Shown piece by piece: positions 26,229 through 40,400 of a DNA stretch of 64,000 nucleotides. Source of the stretch: Haliotis rufescens (Eukaryota); contig NW_025964001.1 in NCBI RefSeq assembly GCF_023055435.1, positions 43,400,001 through 43,464,000 on the forward strand. Direction: 5' to 3'. The notes under the pieces are model-generated. The model worked only from the letters and a program-made list of their open reading frames with translations, was not told the origin of the DNA and made no database searches. The translations under genes and the position numbers were made by a program. The first letter of the stretch is position 1. Every line of letters begins with the position of its first letter.

Positions 26229-29200
26229 ATGTTAAACATGAGCAGTATGGGAAAGGCTAGTAGCTCCAAAGCAAACGTTATTGATGAAGATTATAATGAT
26301 GCCAAGAGTGTGCCCTTGCTAAGGGCCATGGTGACTTGCGGGATAGTGGCGGTGGTTTATATGTCTGGTTTCATATCCTTCTCGCCACTCCTCAGCCAGT
26401 TTGTCCGGAAGCGTATTGCTGAGTCTTACACAAACAACCCAAACGAAAGTTTCAGCACTGGAAACACTTGCAGCAGAAATAAAAGCAACCATGACAATCT
26501 GATTGGAATCAAGATCCAACAACAGTCGTCGGATATCTTGCTATACTTATCACTCTCTGGATCCATTGTTTCCATCTTCATCAACCTAATCTTTGGATCC
26601 TACTCCGACTTCCTTGGCCGGAAATTCCTATTTTTCATACCTACCCTAGGGGCTGTCCTGAAAGGAACAATGTTGTGTCTTGTAATAGCGTTTCGATTTC
26701 CCCTTGGCTGGTTATATTTGGGCTATGTTTTGGAGGGTCTCACTGGGTCGTTCAGCGGATATCTCCTGGCTGTGTTTGCATACACGGCAGATGTGACTGA
26801 GCCTGGAAAGAAACGTACTGTCATGATAGCTCTGGTGGAGGGTAGCTTTGCTGTGGCAGGGTCTATTGGTCAATTGGCCGTTGGATTCATCATACATAGT
26901 GTCAACTACCTGTACGCTGCTATAATGATTACTGCCATCTTTGGCCTGGGACTGATCTTGGTAATAACACTCCTGCCTGAAACTATGACCAATAAGATGG
27001 AGAAACGGTGGTCTCCACTGCCACACATCAAGAACGTCTTTGGATTCTTCTTCACCAGAGGCTCAGGTAAACAGCGAGCCATGTATATACTAGCACTCCT
27101 TATATTCACTTTTGGCGGATTCCAAGTGCTTGGACGGTCAAATGTAGAAACTTTGTATCAATTAGACAAGCCATTTTGTTGGAGCTCTCTGAAAATCGGC
27201 TACTATGGTGCAATCAGACTGTCCTTCAGTGTTGTATGTAGCCTAGTTGGACTCAAGCTTTTACAACCTTGCGTCCGTGACATGTCAATTGCGTTGATAG
27301 GAGTTGCTTTCGGCGCAGCATCCTTCGTGATGGAAGGACTGGCCGTCAACGATTGGATGCTGTATTTAGGTAATTTTACATTCATACCGCGACATTGAAC
27401 ATAAACTCATCGTTAACATCTATAGTGGCATAACTAAAGATGTCAACCATTCTCTACCATTCATTTTGTGCGACAGTTTTACTTTTGAGGTTAAACTGAG
27501 CACGAACCACTTTCCAATTCCTTACATTGACTTGTACCTTATGTTCCAATGTGTGTACGGGCGAATACGTGACTTGCGTTTGCGTGTATTTGTGACTGGA
27601 CCCACCAGTGGGCCAGGAAAACTCGCATTTTCGCGAACATCTGGTATCATCTCTTATTGATAGCGGTTCATAAACACATGCTCATGACATAGTCGAATCG
27701 TAATAGTTTTCTTATGGGTTATGGACATGGTTTTTTTGGCATCTATGTACATATATAAGAATACATAAGCTTGTGTATATTCATATATAAGACCTAGTTT
27801 GATTTCCCCAGATAGGTACATTGCTTGCAGTCTGTGCGAGGTGTCCGTGACATGGCTGGCATGAAGCTAAAAGAAGCGAAACTGACTCACTGACACAAAC
27901 TTCCAAATAGAGATGGCATTTAAAACATCCCATGGGGTTTTTATACTACGGGAAACAAAATGACACAATGTGGGTACGGGTGGTTTCAATAGCCTTGCTG
28001 CATGTCCGAGAGCGTAGACAGTTAAATCCTACATTGTATATCAGTTACTGAATTGTTTGGCACAAACTCGAATATTTACAGGCTGGTGTAACATGCAATG
28101 AAGATGTAACAACGTGAAAATGCTTAGGCTTAGGGTTAACTTCACTTCGCGGCCACGTTGGTCCTTGCACCCATTATACTAATTTGAGTAACGAAATCCG
28201 TGCCCGTTTTACTCTAGTTTTCATGATTCAAGATGTTTATTGTATGAAGGCGATATTACCTACGTTACATGAAAGTAAATAAATACCCTGGTCTCTTTTT
28301 CCTTCACAAGAGTCATCATTGTTGTCATTTATTGGAAATATACTCAACAACAAAAGTTCCTGTGACACCACTATTTTAGTGTATTTTTCAAACAAGTAAA
28401 GTTTGGTTTTCATTGTTGTAGTACATGTTTGGAATCAATTCACAAAAACGCAACTGCTACAGAAAAGCATGCATTCCATGCAAAAGTTGACTTTTATGCA
28501 AGCCCCATGCATTTCACTACCCACGAATGGGTATAAAAACGTGCGTTAACGGGATTCCATATGCATTGTTTCGCATCGTGCTGACAAAACCACTCAGAAA
28601 AACAACAAAATTACGCAATTATTCAACATTACGAAATGCCACGCCTGTCCGAAAATGAGCGTCTGCGAGCCATTGGCATGCTTGAAGCCAACGTGATGCT
28701 GCAAGACAATTTAACGTCCACAGAACCTTCATTTGGTGTTTATGGCAACGTTGGCAACAGACGAATGCAGTCATAGACCATCCTCGGAGTGGCAGGCCAC
28801 GCGTAACCAATAATCGACAAGACAACTGGATTCGAACAACACACCTACGAAATCGAGTCCAGCCAGCAACAGTGACTGCAAGAAGCATCCCTGACCTCCG
28901 ACGAATATCTTCACAAACCGTACGTCGTCGCCTCAGATGTGCAGGGATTGTCGCCAGAAGACCCGCCAGACGTCCCATTTTGACAGGAAACCACCATCTA
29001 GCACGTCTACAGTGGTGCAGACAGCGTATACGCTGGACTGCCGTGCAGTGGGGACAAATTCTAGTCACTGACGAGTGTCGTTTTCACCTCAGCCACGGCG
29101 ATGGACGTATTCGAGTGTACCGACGTCGAGGTGAACATTTCGTCAATCATTGTGTCATGGAAGAAGATCGGTTCGGGGGCGGCAGCGTTATGGTATGGGA

Positions 29201-32200
29201 TGGGATTACAGCAAGACAGAGGACCCGTTTGAAAGTGGTAGAGGGAAATCTAAATGGACAGCGCTACCGGCACGAGATCATCGGCCCTGTTGTTCTACCG
29301 TTTTTTCGTCGTCATGGCCCCGGCATTACCTTTCAACTTGTTCAGGATTCTCTTCAACAAAATAACGTGAATGTCATCCCCTGGCCGACTCGCTCCCCTC
29401 GACATGTGGGATGAGATGGATCGGCGCCTTCGACGTCAACCACGTGTTCCACAGACACTCCAGGAACTTGGAAACATGCTCCAGCAGATGTGGACAGATA
29501 TCCCACAGGACTTTGAGCGACACCTGGTCCTTTCCATGAGACGAAGATGTGTTGCTTGCATCGAGACCAGAGGTGGACACACATGCTATTGATTTGTAAA
29601 TTGACATTTTGGCATGTTCATGTTTTTTTAATGAAATCACGCATTTTCTGAAGTCAGTATGGCAAATTAAACCATTTGAACACTAACAGGAGTATTTTAT
29701 CTGTTGCAAACCGAAATTGTTTCAGATTTGGTAAAATACATAACTTTGCATTAAATCTTATTCAATGTCACAAGAACTTTTGTTGTTCAGTATAGATAAC
29801 AAACATCTTTGCCTGATACGTCATATGCTATAAATCAATGTTCACTTTGCAGTCCCAGTGATTTCGCTCTTATCATTCGCCGTTTCTCCTGTTTCTCGAT
29901 CAACCATGTCGAAGATGACGTCACCGCTGGAACAAGGTAAATAGAGAGACGTCTTTCCGAACATTTTATTTGAATTCACATTTTTTTAACAACCGTCTTT
30001 AGGTACCCAAATGCTTATTTGATAATTTCCGCAGGCACACGAAGTGTGTGGAGGTGGAGGTGAAATATTCATTTCATGAGTCAATAACATTTTTATTCTT
30101 TCTTCTAAATTAACCAATCATTGAATGTGAAACGCGAAAGGTGAGGTTGGGTAAAATTAGGTTTAACTCCGCGTCCAGGATTATTGCACTTATATAGAGA
30201 CGTGCATGCACGTGTGTTTGGCTATTTGTACAAGTCCGGACTGATGCCGATTTATAGTGCTGGCCCACTGAGATACCATGCCGCAGTTTAACACGAATAC
30301 CCCACCCAGACCCAGTATACTGATCCCGAGACGACCAGTCCTTGTTTCAGTCCCTTACTTCCTTTAATGCCGAGCGCCAGACAGGGTAACAACAAGTACC
30401 ATCTATTGATGTCTTTTGGTATGACGCGGCCGGGGATCGAACCCCGGGCCTTCCGCTCTCCGGGCGGACGCTCTACCACTAGACCACGGAGGTGGTCCTG
30501 AAAGGCGAAGGAAGTTCAACGGGTCCGAGACTGGCCGGGGCGCTGAGATATTCATAAGTGAGTGAGTATGGTTTTACGCCGCTTTTAGCAATATTCCAGG
30601 AATATCACGGTGGGCGACTGAGATATTCATGAAGGTTTGACATCATCCTGGGGTCCACTCTAGTGACCACTGGAAGAAAATCAAATCTGATTATACTCTA
30701 AGTCTAAGTAGTCACAACAATACATTTATCAATTTATCAGGTTGTATAACTCCCATTCAGAAACCTTCGAAGGCTGTAACCTTTTATACTAATGAGTGAA
30801 CCAGCCCTTGGGGCGTCGTCAGCAGAATTGCTGTAGGGGGAAGTAAGACTGGGATTTCCACCAACATTTCTAGGAGAAAGGGGACTGGACAGAGAGCTGC
30901 GTTGCATCCAGTTGCTGCCATCCAGCTGGAAGCCCAGTCTGCCTGAATGTTCTCCACTCCCGGGAGATAGATAGCACACAGGTTCAAGTGTTTTCCCAGA
31001 CACAACTCCCAGATTTGTATGGTTATCACGAGGAGGGTAGTCGAACGTGTACCTCGCTGGTCATTCACATAACCTCTATATGCTTGCGACAGAGAGTCTT
31101 GAAAACTAGGTCGTCTAGCCAAACTGCCTTCAGCTCCAGAGCATTTATGTGAAGTTTGCTCTTGTCCTGGGACCAACGTCCTCATGTGCGAGTTTGTTGG
31201 CAGACATCCCCCAAGCCGAGGTTTGACGCATCTGTCTCTAAGATCAAGTCGGGATGAGTCACTGGGATCGGTTTCTCGCTTAACATTGCTAGGTTGTTTG
31301 ACCACCATTGCACCATTGCAGTTCTCTGAGATACGGTAGTCTTGCATCTGCAAGTACCTGCAGTGAAGCTGAGCAGGGATTACTGCTATCATTGAGGAGG
31401 ACATTGTCCACAGGAAACTGGCGAGTTGACGACTATACACCAGATTATTCCTGATAAGGTTGTGGCATGTGGAGATAATGTTTGTCACTTTCTCCTCAGA
31501 GAGTCTGTGAGTTAATCTTGAAACCGAGAAAGGTTATTTGCAATGGTGGGATAAGCACTCGTCTGACAAAGCCCAGGTTCAAGCAGAAAATGTTATCCAG
31601 GTAGATCCACCCTGCCCTTGTCAGGAGACATGCGACTGGCTGTGGCAGCTTGATGAAAGCTTGAGGGGATGCGGCGAACGGAAGGCTAATGAAGTGGAAG
31701 ATAGAGGCTCTCCACCTGAAGTGTTGTGAGCTCTTGAGATCTGTTGCAATGGGGGCGATATGATAAACGTCCTTCAGGTTCAACTTGCCCATAAAGTCGT
31801 TTCGTCTGTAGTCACCATCCCTCTTAAGAACGATGAATATCAAACTCACATATTTTGGGGCAGTGGGTTCTGAAAGGGAGTCCAAATCAGCGGGAATCTG
31901 AACACTTTTACAGTTTCGAGAACCCAAGGGTCTGACGTAATCAGCCGCTACCGGATCTTAGTCTGCCTCTGCTGGAAGTCTGAGGTTGCCTGATATCTTG
32001 AAAATATCCTGAAGCCGTTTTAGAGGTTGGAACTCTTGCATTGACATCATAGAAGACTGTTGTGTCACTACTATGATGGGTTCGGAACAAAGGTTTTTCC
32101 CACGTGGAATAGGGATGTCTAGATCTCTGTTTCTGGGCGACTCGGCCACGACCTCTTCTGCCTCTAGTTGTGTGACTACCCGGTCTGCTGAAGCTGGCTC

Positions 32201-34412
32201 GGACCATGAATCTGCACCGTGGGCACAGCAGGAAAGGGCTGATTGGACTTGGAAGCAAACTCTCTACATAGCTCCAAAACCAAGCGATTTTTTCTCTGCC
32301 TCAAAAATGAGTTTGTCTTTTGTTTTGCGTATGACCTCTTTCAAGAGGGTGCCATAGAAACTGTCCCCCCAACCTTTCCCATTCCCAAGCCGACTGCAAA
32401 CTAGCATCATGTTTCAAGAGCTTTTTGTGTTTGTTAGTTTGACAAGTTTATGTCATCATTTGTTTAAATTATGAGACATGAGCTTGTCCCTGTAAACAGG
32501 TTGTTTTCTCAACAATACACAACATTTCAAAATGGCATTGTCATCTGGGGATTCCCCTTGCCGAATCTTATCCAGGATGTGCCATAGATTAGTCAGGGGT
32601 CCCATATAATTCATCCTCTACATGTCCAGGGCTAGCATTTCTGTAAACTTACACTAACCCCTGCATCCATTCCCATGGCTCTTGCAATCACAAATTACCA
32701 GCCCTTGATTTTCATTAACATTTTACCGACCAATCAAACGTCGATATAAGGGAAAGTATATGGGAGGTAACTCGTATTACTTCGAAACCAAAGATACCGC
32801 CAGTTTTAATGGACATCAGGAAAGCTATCCCAATTATCTTCAGACAGAGTCCAAAAATTGAGAATCTGACAAGAGTCATGTGTTGTACCTATTTTTTTTA
32901 TGGACGGAGGGCGTCCCAGCCTCCGATCGAGATGATAAACCTGCGTCAGCCATGTCCGGATTTTCCATGTGGTTGACATTAGACTTACTTTTAGAGATTC
33001 AAGCGTTAGATATGCCGAAATTTAATTTATGTAGTCCTTAACCTCTTTATTGAAGACCTCATCTGCAAACTATGTGGGAAAACTTGATAAAACTTCAAAA
33101 TTAGGTGCGAAATTCTTTCAACTTTCAAGGTTTTCCGCCTTGATGAAGAAAGCTTTTCGGCTTTTATAAGCCTGTTAATGGTTGCTATGTAGAAGATACC
33201 AATATCACATTAACGTCACATCAAGTACATTTAATGAAGTAAAACTAGAGACGATCATTCATGGTTACCTACCACCCTATCTTACAAGCAATAAAAACGC
33301 AATTCCGATTATCATCTTAATTTTGTTTCATAGACAAGGCAAGGTTCGTGTTCAAAAAGCAACAGTGCCGCAATAACAGAACTGCGTTTCTATTGCGGAC
33401 TAGTATATTATCTAGCTGAGAGAAAACGACTTAAGACGTCGTGGTGTACCGATCCTGACAGATACAACATATGCTATTTTTACTAATAAATGTAGTGTTT
33501 ACATTACACCAAGGATGATAATATAACAAATAAATAGTTCATTGCCTGCATTTACAAAATGATAGACTGAGATATTTGCCATGTTTTTGCAGGTGCTCTT
33601 TTCTCCAGTGTTGCCGCCATGGAAAGTATCTGTAACGCGCTGTCGGAGACGATGTACAACACCGTCTACCATGCTACTGTTGACACCTTCAGGGGTGCGG
33701 TCTTCATTGTAATGGACGGATTTGGGATAGCCTGTGCTGCATGTATTATGTGAGACCCATAACTGATTAACATTCACGAAATGATTGTTATGCAGAAATA
33801 TGTTCCCACTTTTAACAATAGAGCCAATCAGTTTACCTTTTGATTATATTTTGTTGACAGTATATCACTTAAAAGCCTTATATCTATTCACACAGCATCA
33901 ACTATTATTTGTTGGTTTAAATAGTTACTGTATCGATATATTGGACACATATTTTGTGACAAACTAATTTTACTAATTCAGTTTTGACAAATGTAAAGAA
34001 GTAGTTTGATTCACTTTGCTTAATCTGTTCTTGTTGAGTCTGATGACTTGTGATCATGATACTCCGTGTGCGCCAATTGTAAGTTAAGCAATCATTATTC
34101 TCAATGTTCAATGTTGCTCCAGGCCTGTGGTTTATGAAAATATATTCAGAAACATCACCACACGAAAAAAGAAAATATTTAACAGTCATCAGTAATCAAC
34201 CAAGGATCGTGGTTACAAATGCAGTTGTGCTTTTGTATACTTTCATCTGAACAGCGTCCTTAGTGAAACTTACCGGATTATTTGGCACTTTCTGTCACGT
34301 CTTTGTTTATGTTGACAGTGCATTCCTCTTCATCTCGAGAGAAGACGCCCAGGTTTCGGAGTCTGGTGTTGTGCCCCCAGCCAAAGTCGAACTGAAGTCA
34401 CTAAACAAGTAG
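26229..34412 (+). CDS. Gene D: SLC46-family transporter, about 491 aa; exons 26229-27369, 29853-29936, 33593-33749, 34319-34412
   Basis: In-frame splice of 1476 nt with the same motifs. The start Met is uncertain (26229, 26238 or 26247, or an upstream exon using the acceptor at 26224-26225). Confidence 0.9.
28341..29792 (+). mobile_element. Tc1/mariner DNA transposon, defective, in gene D intron 1
   Basis: 27-bp TIRs (tactcaacaacaaaagttcctgtgaca / tgtcacaagaacttttgttgttcagta) with flanking TA. Transposase remnant at 28636-29592 (MPRLSENERLRAIGML, VTDE, FGGGSVMVW, RGGHTCY) is frameshifted and lacks the DNA(R)PH and SPDLNPIE catalytic motifs. The element is absent at the paralogous site in E and F. 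Confidence 0.93.
30140..30498 (-). mobile_element. SINE family 4 copy, gene D intron 2
   Basis: Reverse-complement homology to 41317-41666. Confidence 0.82.
30700..32660 (-). mobile_element. DIRS-type retrotransposon remnant (gag-like, RT, RNase H) in gene D intron 2
   Basis: Fragmented frames give DFMGKLNLKDVYH, FISLPF..ASPQAFIKL and IYLDNI (RT), and YVNDQRGTRS...AIYLPGVENIQADWAS (DIRS-type RNase H C-terminus). Confidence 0.8.
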
Positions 34413-35551
34413 CGATGACACCATGAAAGTTATCCTGATAATCTAACCCGTGACCCAAGCAGTACATTCTAAAGACATCATATTTTGTTTGTGACTATGA
34501 TACGTGGAGAGCAAGATCAAACATTTGTGTACTAAATGAATGGATATGTGTTAATGAATACAAATTGATTTAGGCTGCTTTCGCAATTCTTCATCTATTT
34601 GCAGCAGAATTAATTTTAAGTAGTTACTCGTAACTTAAAGTAGTAACTTCATTAAGTAAGTTAAGTTGACCACAGGAACGTGTCCTGCTCAATCAGAAAT
34701 TTCAAATCAGAATACATGTTCCGTGTGATCTGTTTTAATAATTTGGTAACACGTACTAATATATTTGCAGTGCTTTTATGATTTCCCCCCAGAAGGGATT
34801 CAGGTGGTCCAGTTCTCTAAGGGGCAATTCCCTTTGCGGATAAGCGCCCTCTATTATGCTGGGCTCGAAATTAGATTTTGATTCTTGGTAATTCAGCTCC
34901 ATTCCCGTGCTCGTGAGTTTCACGATCGTATTCAACGTTTACTCCCTGACCACTTTATATCCATATTAAACATTAAACTGAGAAAAACACCACCCTTCTC
35001 CCCCCAAAAAACTGCATACGTGCTTGCAGTCTGCCGTAACAACGTAGCGCACACTGTTAAAAACGTAAGCTGAATGGTAGCTGCAGCAGTACATGGCAAA
35101 TGTAAAAGCAAATGCACGAAGACCTACGTTCTGTGGTCACTCAACCCCTCTACTACTATCTGTATTCTTCCTACATAGTTTGCATACTGCTCACTGTGTA
35201 CATATGTCCTGCTTCATAATAAGTAATAAAACGGTTTTATATTATCAGTAGTGTGACGGGCCCATAGTACATGTTGTCCGGTAATGGGTGTATAAGATTA
35301 TAAAGTAACATTTTTGGAACGTCTTAGGTTCTTCCACACTATCGGAACACCCGTGCTAGCTTGTCATTAAATGTCATCAAATTGTGTGGAAAATGTTTGA
35401 AAGCAACAAAATGTAAATATCACCCTGATGTGAATATGCGCGGATGCAATATGATGATAGTATCAATCGAGTATGTCCCACATCAATTAATGGTAGGCGT
35501 CGTATGATAACCCGTATTGGATTCGTAATAACCTATATACACAAGGCTTGG

Positions 35552-36189
35552 ATGAAGGACGACAACATTCACCACGGACGTAAGACAGAACCCATCATTA
35601 AAGATTGCAGCGACCATAAGACGACCAATTCGGCCGTCTGTTCCTCGTTACACTCAAACTGTTCCTCCATGGCTGTTCCAGTGCCATCCAGCCATGTCTC
35701 AGTACCTGCGACATAGCGAGAAGTACTTTCCTAACTGGGCGATTGCAGAAAGGAAGGCCTCCCACAGTGGGTGTGTTGTCAACAGCTCTGCCAAGGAGTC
35801 CCCCCTCTAGATGTAGGTTAAGAAACACGCCACCAACCTCAACATGCATCTGGGACCTTTATTTCACCCATTACGATATTTAAATACATGTTCGGTTTTA
35901 TTTTAGGAAAACGTCTTATTGTCTCTGTGTCTTAATCTGGATCTGCATAAGTGTATTCTTGTTTAAGATGACAGACCAGCATAGAACAGTAAATATCGAG
36001 AACTTGTATATGTTGAGTCCTCCATTGCTGGGATTCTGTCAGATTGGGACTCTACGGTGCCCTGAAGGACGGTGTCTACTACTTCAGCTGTGTTGCCGTC
36101 CACAGCTGGTGTAGTTGGTATCTTCGGATTCAAATCTGCGGCTGCTTCTAAACGTTTTACGGCTTTTGTGGACTGGATGTTGAATTTAG
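35552..36189 (+). pseudogene. psi-G1: decayed copy of gene G exon 1
   Basis: Starts atgaaggacgacaacattcac (compare G atggaggacgacaacattcac) and ends at the same donor, tttag|gtgagtca. It has frameshifts and internal deletions, and no downstream G-type exons. Confidence 0.88.
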
Positions 36190-36512
36190 GTGAGTCAGTG
36201 TGCTAGGTGTTACAGGCACAGTGGGGTTGCCTAGTGGTAAAAACATTCACTAGTCATGCCAACGGCCGGGCTCGATTCTCTCAATGTGAAGCCCTTTTCT
36301 GTTGTACCCTGTCGTGTAATTGTGGGAGAAGTGCCAAAAAACCAATACTCACTCATTCACTTTTATATTATTTTTTTTACAAAATGATTGTACGTGGACT
36401 TTGCCATAAATGTCAATGATTTTGCAGCTGTTGCTTGCAATACTATTCCCGGGTCTCAACAGATAAATCTAAACGTATAGTGAAGTAGTATAGTAGATGG
36501 TATTAAGTAGCT

Positions 36513-37286
36513 AATTATCCCCCGCCCCCGTGTGTGTGTGTGCGTGTGTGCGTGTGTGCGTGCGTTCGTGCGTGCGTNNNNNNNNNNNNNNNNNNNNNNN
36601 NNNNNNNNNNNNNNNNNNNNNNNNNNNNNNNNNNNNNNNNNNNNNNNNNNNNNNNNNNNNNNNNNNNNNNNNNNNNNNNNNNNNNNNNNNNNNNNNNNNN
36701 NNNNNNNNNNAGCATAACTCAGAAACCGTTAAATATTTCTCTACGAAACTTTGCATGTCTATCAGACTCTGAACTGGTGCCTTTTGCTATTTAGGAATTT
36801 TATAAATTTTTATTTTTTACGTTTCCATGGCAACAAGTTGGACTTAGGTTCTATAAGGGTGGTGTTCGTTTCCAGAGTGTAACTCAAAAACCATTAAATA
36901 CTTTCTAAAAAAAACTTTGCATGTCTACCAGGCACATACTGAACTGGTGCCTTTTGATATATAGCACTTTTAGAAATTTTTATTGTTTATGTCTCCATGA
37001 CAACAAGTTGGATTTAAGTTTTGATATAGGATTGGTTTACTTAAGTAGTATAACAAATAAACTGTTAAATATTTCCTTGCCAAACATTGCATGTCTATAT
37101 ATAAAGCGCATACTGAACTAGTGCCATTTGATATTAAGGAGTTTTAGAAATGTTTATTTTAGAATTTCCATTGCAGCTATTTTGACATGGGCTAAGAGAA
37201 ATGTTGGGTCAGTTACCTAGTTTGGGACCATAACGTGTTAAAATGGGCGGGGGATATAGATGACTTTTTCAACTATACGCTTGTTT
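36513..37286 (+). mobile_element. Non-autonomous Helentron/HINE-like element with internal 164-172 bp tandem repeats
   Basis: Subterminal IR tatccccgccc (36516) and gggcgggggata (37245), a GT/GTGC microsatellite, three repeat units starting near 36711, 36875 and 37047, and a cttgttt end. Contains an assembly gap. Confidence 0.7.
36578..36710. other. Assembly gap (N)
   Basis: Run of n. Confidence 1.
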
Positions 37287-38599
37287 ACAATATGTATTTA
37301 GTGATGAAATACTGTATTAATCTGAGGAAAATAAAATTTATATCTGACTTGAGTGAAATCACACTTTATGTCGAAACTATTTTCAGTCTGCTTTAGTGAC
37401 ACAAGGGATATAACATTAAGATCATGGAGAACAAGCAGAATAAAAACAAATATTTGCATCTTTTAGTCAAATAACCGGTTTGTCTCGTTGACCTGACAAA
37501 GTTAACAGTTGCACTGCGCCACTCATGAAAATATCAATATCAGGTCAGGAGATGAGATAAACATACTACTTTACAAGAAAAGACAAACATATCTCAGTAA
37601 TTCTAATCAATTATTAAAAAGAAAAAAAACTTCCTTCTTATTGTGTTCCCAGTTAGATTCAATGTATTGAACCACAATTAAAGTGCGGGATATACACCAT
37701 GCTGGCTAAAAATGAAAAAAACAAAACAACCAAGAAATGGGGCTCGTAAGTAGGTCACGGGACTATGTCAGACCTTTCATTGTTTTAGTACTTACGTGAC
37801 AAACAACGTTTCATGGCAATTGCGATAGCAGTGTTATGTCGGACAGAGCCCGGGTTATCACGCTAGTAGTGTAACTTAGAAAACCATGACATGTCACAGA
37901 CATTAAAACACTGGAGTTCGGTTGCACGAATAGCATGTGTAGCTTTTCAAAGCAGTTGCAGTGTTGTCAAGACGTCCTGTGATCGATGTCAAACTGGCCG
38001 CTACCCATTCATATATTGAGTCAGTTTTCACTGTTCTGATAGGCTGGTGTAATTGCCGGTGTTCAAGTCACTACTGATCGGTTAATCATCACACGTACAG
38101 TGGTGATGGCGTGGAAATATGAGCAGAAACAGTCGTTGTACGACTCGTTTGATTTAATTGGTTATTTATTGTCAAGAAGAAATAATTAATTAACTTTTGC
38201 TCCCCGTTTGTGCACCATACAATGCTATGTCAAATTTCGCTCACATCAGCCCTGAGCCTTTTCCAAAATTAATTGTTCAGCTCTGATAACTAACGTCACA
38301 GAATCATATTTTTGTATCCAGGGTAGATGACACAAACAAAAGTAATAAGTAAGCATTCTATGTGCTTGTGGGCAATGGAAATTTGTGAATAGTTGTCAAT
38401 ACTTGTAATATCTCTATGTAATCATAAGCAAAGACCTGTGTTAATAAAAAAAAGAAGACATGTGACAATATCATGATGATAATGTTATGTGCATTAAAAG
38501 TCAGGTTTTATTTAAAAAAACTATTAATCTAATTTCTTCATTTTGAATGATTAAATCCTTGCAATGTTTGTTTATAAGATCTCTGAAGACTATAATTAT

Positions 38600-40400
38600 T
38601 AGATTTAAAAGGGTCCTTATTTATTTCCGATAAACCGAGAAGTATATGCTGCCCAAAAAAAAGGAACGCGAAAAACGAGAGAAAAAGACTTGACTGAAAC
38701 GTCACTGAAACAGCTAACTGCTTGGATCACTTGATAATGAAACTATGGAGACGTAAAAGTGGACTCGAAATGAAATTGAACTGATTAATGGAGATCTTAA
38801 AGAAATAAGTCGGGTTAAAACAAATGGGATGTTAATAAGATGGAAATGGGAGAAAAAACATCTTAATATTTATAGAACCTGGAAGCAAGAAAGCATACAT
38901 GGGTGTTGAAACCGTTAGTGGAAATAGAATAACGAAGCAACAAGAGATTCAGAATGAAGTGAGATCATTCTACAAAAACCTGCACAAAACAAGAAGTTTC
39001 AAGTGTTTATCTAAACAATCTATTAGATAATGTTCATATTCCTAAACTTTCAGATAATACTACAGCAAAGGGGAACTCAGTTATGACGAAGTACTACTTC
39101 CTGTAAAATCCTTAAAAAGTGAGAAAAGTCCTGGCCCGGATGGATTTACAGCAGAATATATTACGATTTTTGGGTTAGACCTAGGAAAATGTCTTATTCG
39201 ATCGTTGAATGCAGCTTTCAGACAGGGATCGCTATCAGTCTCTCGGAAACAAGGTTTTATAACTTGCATTCAAAATGAAATAAACCAAAATACTTCCTTA
39301 AAAATTTGAGACCGATATCACTACTTTCAATTTTGTATGAAACTGGATCATTAACTATATCCAAAAGAATGAAATCAGTACTAATGAAGACCAAAAGGGA
39401 TTTAAGCCCGGCAAATATGTCGGAGAAATAAGTAGATTTGTCTTTGACTTGATGGAATAAACAGAGGCATTTGATGCTGTCGAATAGAAATGTATAGATA
39501 AGACGTTAGCTTTCTTCAACTTTGGATCATCTATGCGTAAATGGATAATAATATTTTAAAACGCAATTGAATCTGGTCTATTGATAAATGGCTTCGGCTC
39601 CGAATTCTTTAATGTTTCGGGAGACTGTCATCAGGGCGACCAGGAACCAGGAGTACCAAAAATCAAAGAATTAATTCAAGCTCAAAGGTTTTTAATAATA
39701 AGACGTTATTACAAGAAAAGATCAATACGGTGTACTATATTTGAAAAGAAATATACCAATGTTCATCAACGATTTAATAGACAAAATTGGCCAGTTTCTA
39801 ACCTTTCCGAGAGTCAAAGAGATTTATGATGTCAATACCAACATATCTCCAAACTTAAGATTGACCAAAGATTGAACCTCCCCCTCCTCCACCCAATTTA
39901 TTTCATCAACTGAAAGAAGAAAGGAGTCACGTTATTTCTACACAACATTAATTTAGAACCACTGCCGCACGAATCAACATATTTAGAACATTATCATACT
40001 AACTGCAGACACGTTTCTCCAGATAAATATTGCTAAAATACAACATGATCCCGTTTAGATGTACAGGGCACACTCCACTGCAGCGGTTTCAATACAAAAT
40101 CCTACACAACATCTTACCAACTAACAATTTGTTAAAAAAATGGATTATGTCAACAATGAAACATGTGACTTTTGTACATTAGAATTAGAAACTATACTAC
40201 ATGTGTTTTTGGAATGTAGAACAATTCGTTTACTTTGGACATACTTGGAAAGTTGTTCTTTTGAACAAATAGAATTGAAAATCGTCATGCACGTGCTTTC
40301 TACATTGCATAAAATCATATTATCTCCTTAATAATAAATACTAGTATTTAAAAAATAACTTTCTACTTACAACTAACAACTACTATGTTTTGGGGAAAAT
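38600..40400 (+). mobile_element. Decayed LINE ORF2, L1/Tx1 clade
   Basis: KSEKSPGPDGFTAEY, KQGFITCI, RPISLL, AFDAVE and CHQGD, plus the C-terminal FQYKILHNILPTN...TCDFCTLELETILHVFLEC Cys-His motif. Many stops and frameshifts. Confidence 0.85.

Noticed and set aside
36511-36794. ORFs spanning N runs or microsatellites (also 54503-54805, 3836-4036, 46509-46717)
   Set aside because: They are artefacts of assembly gaps and simple repeats.
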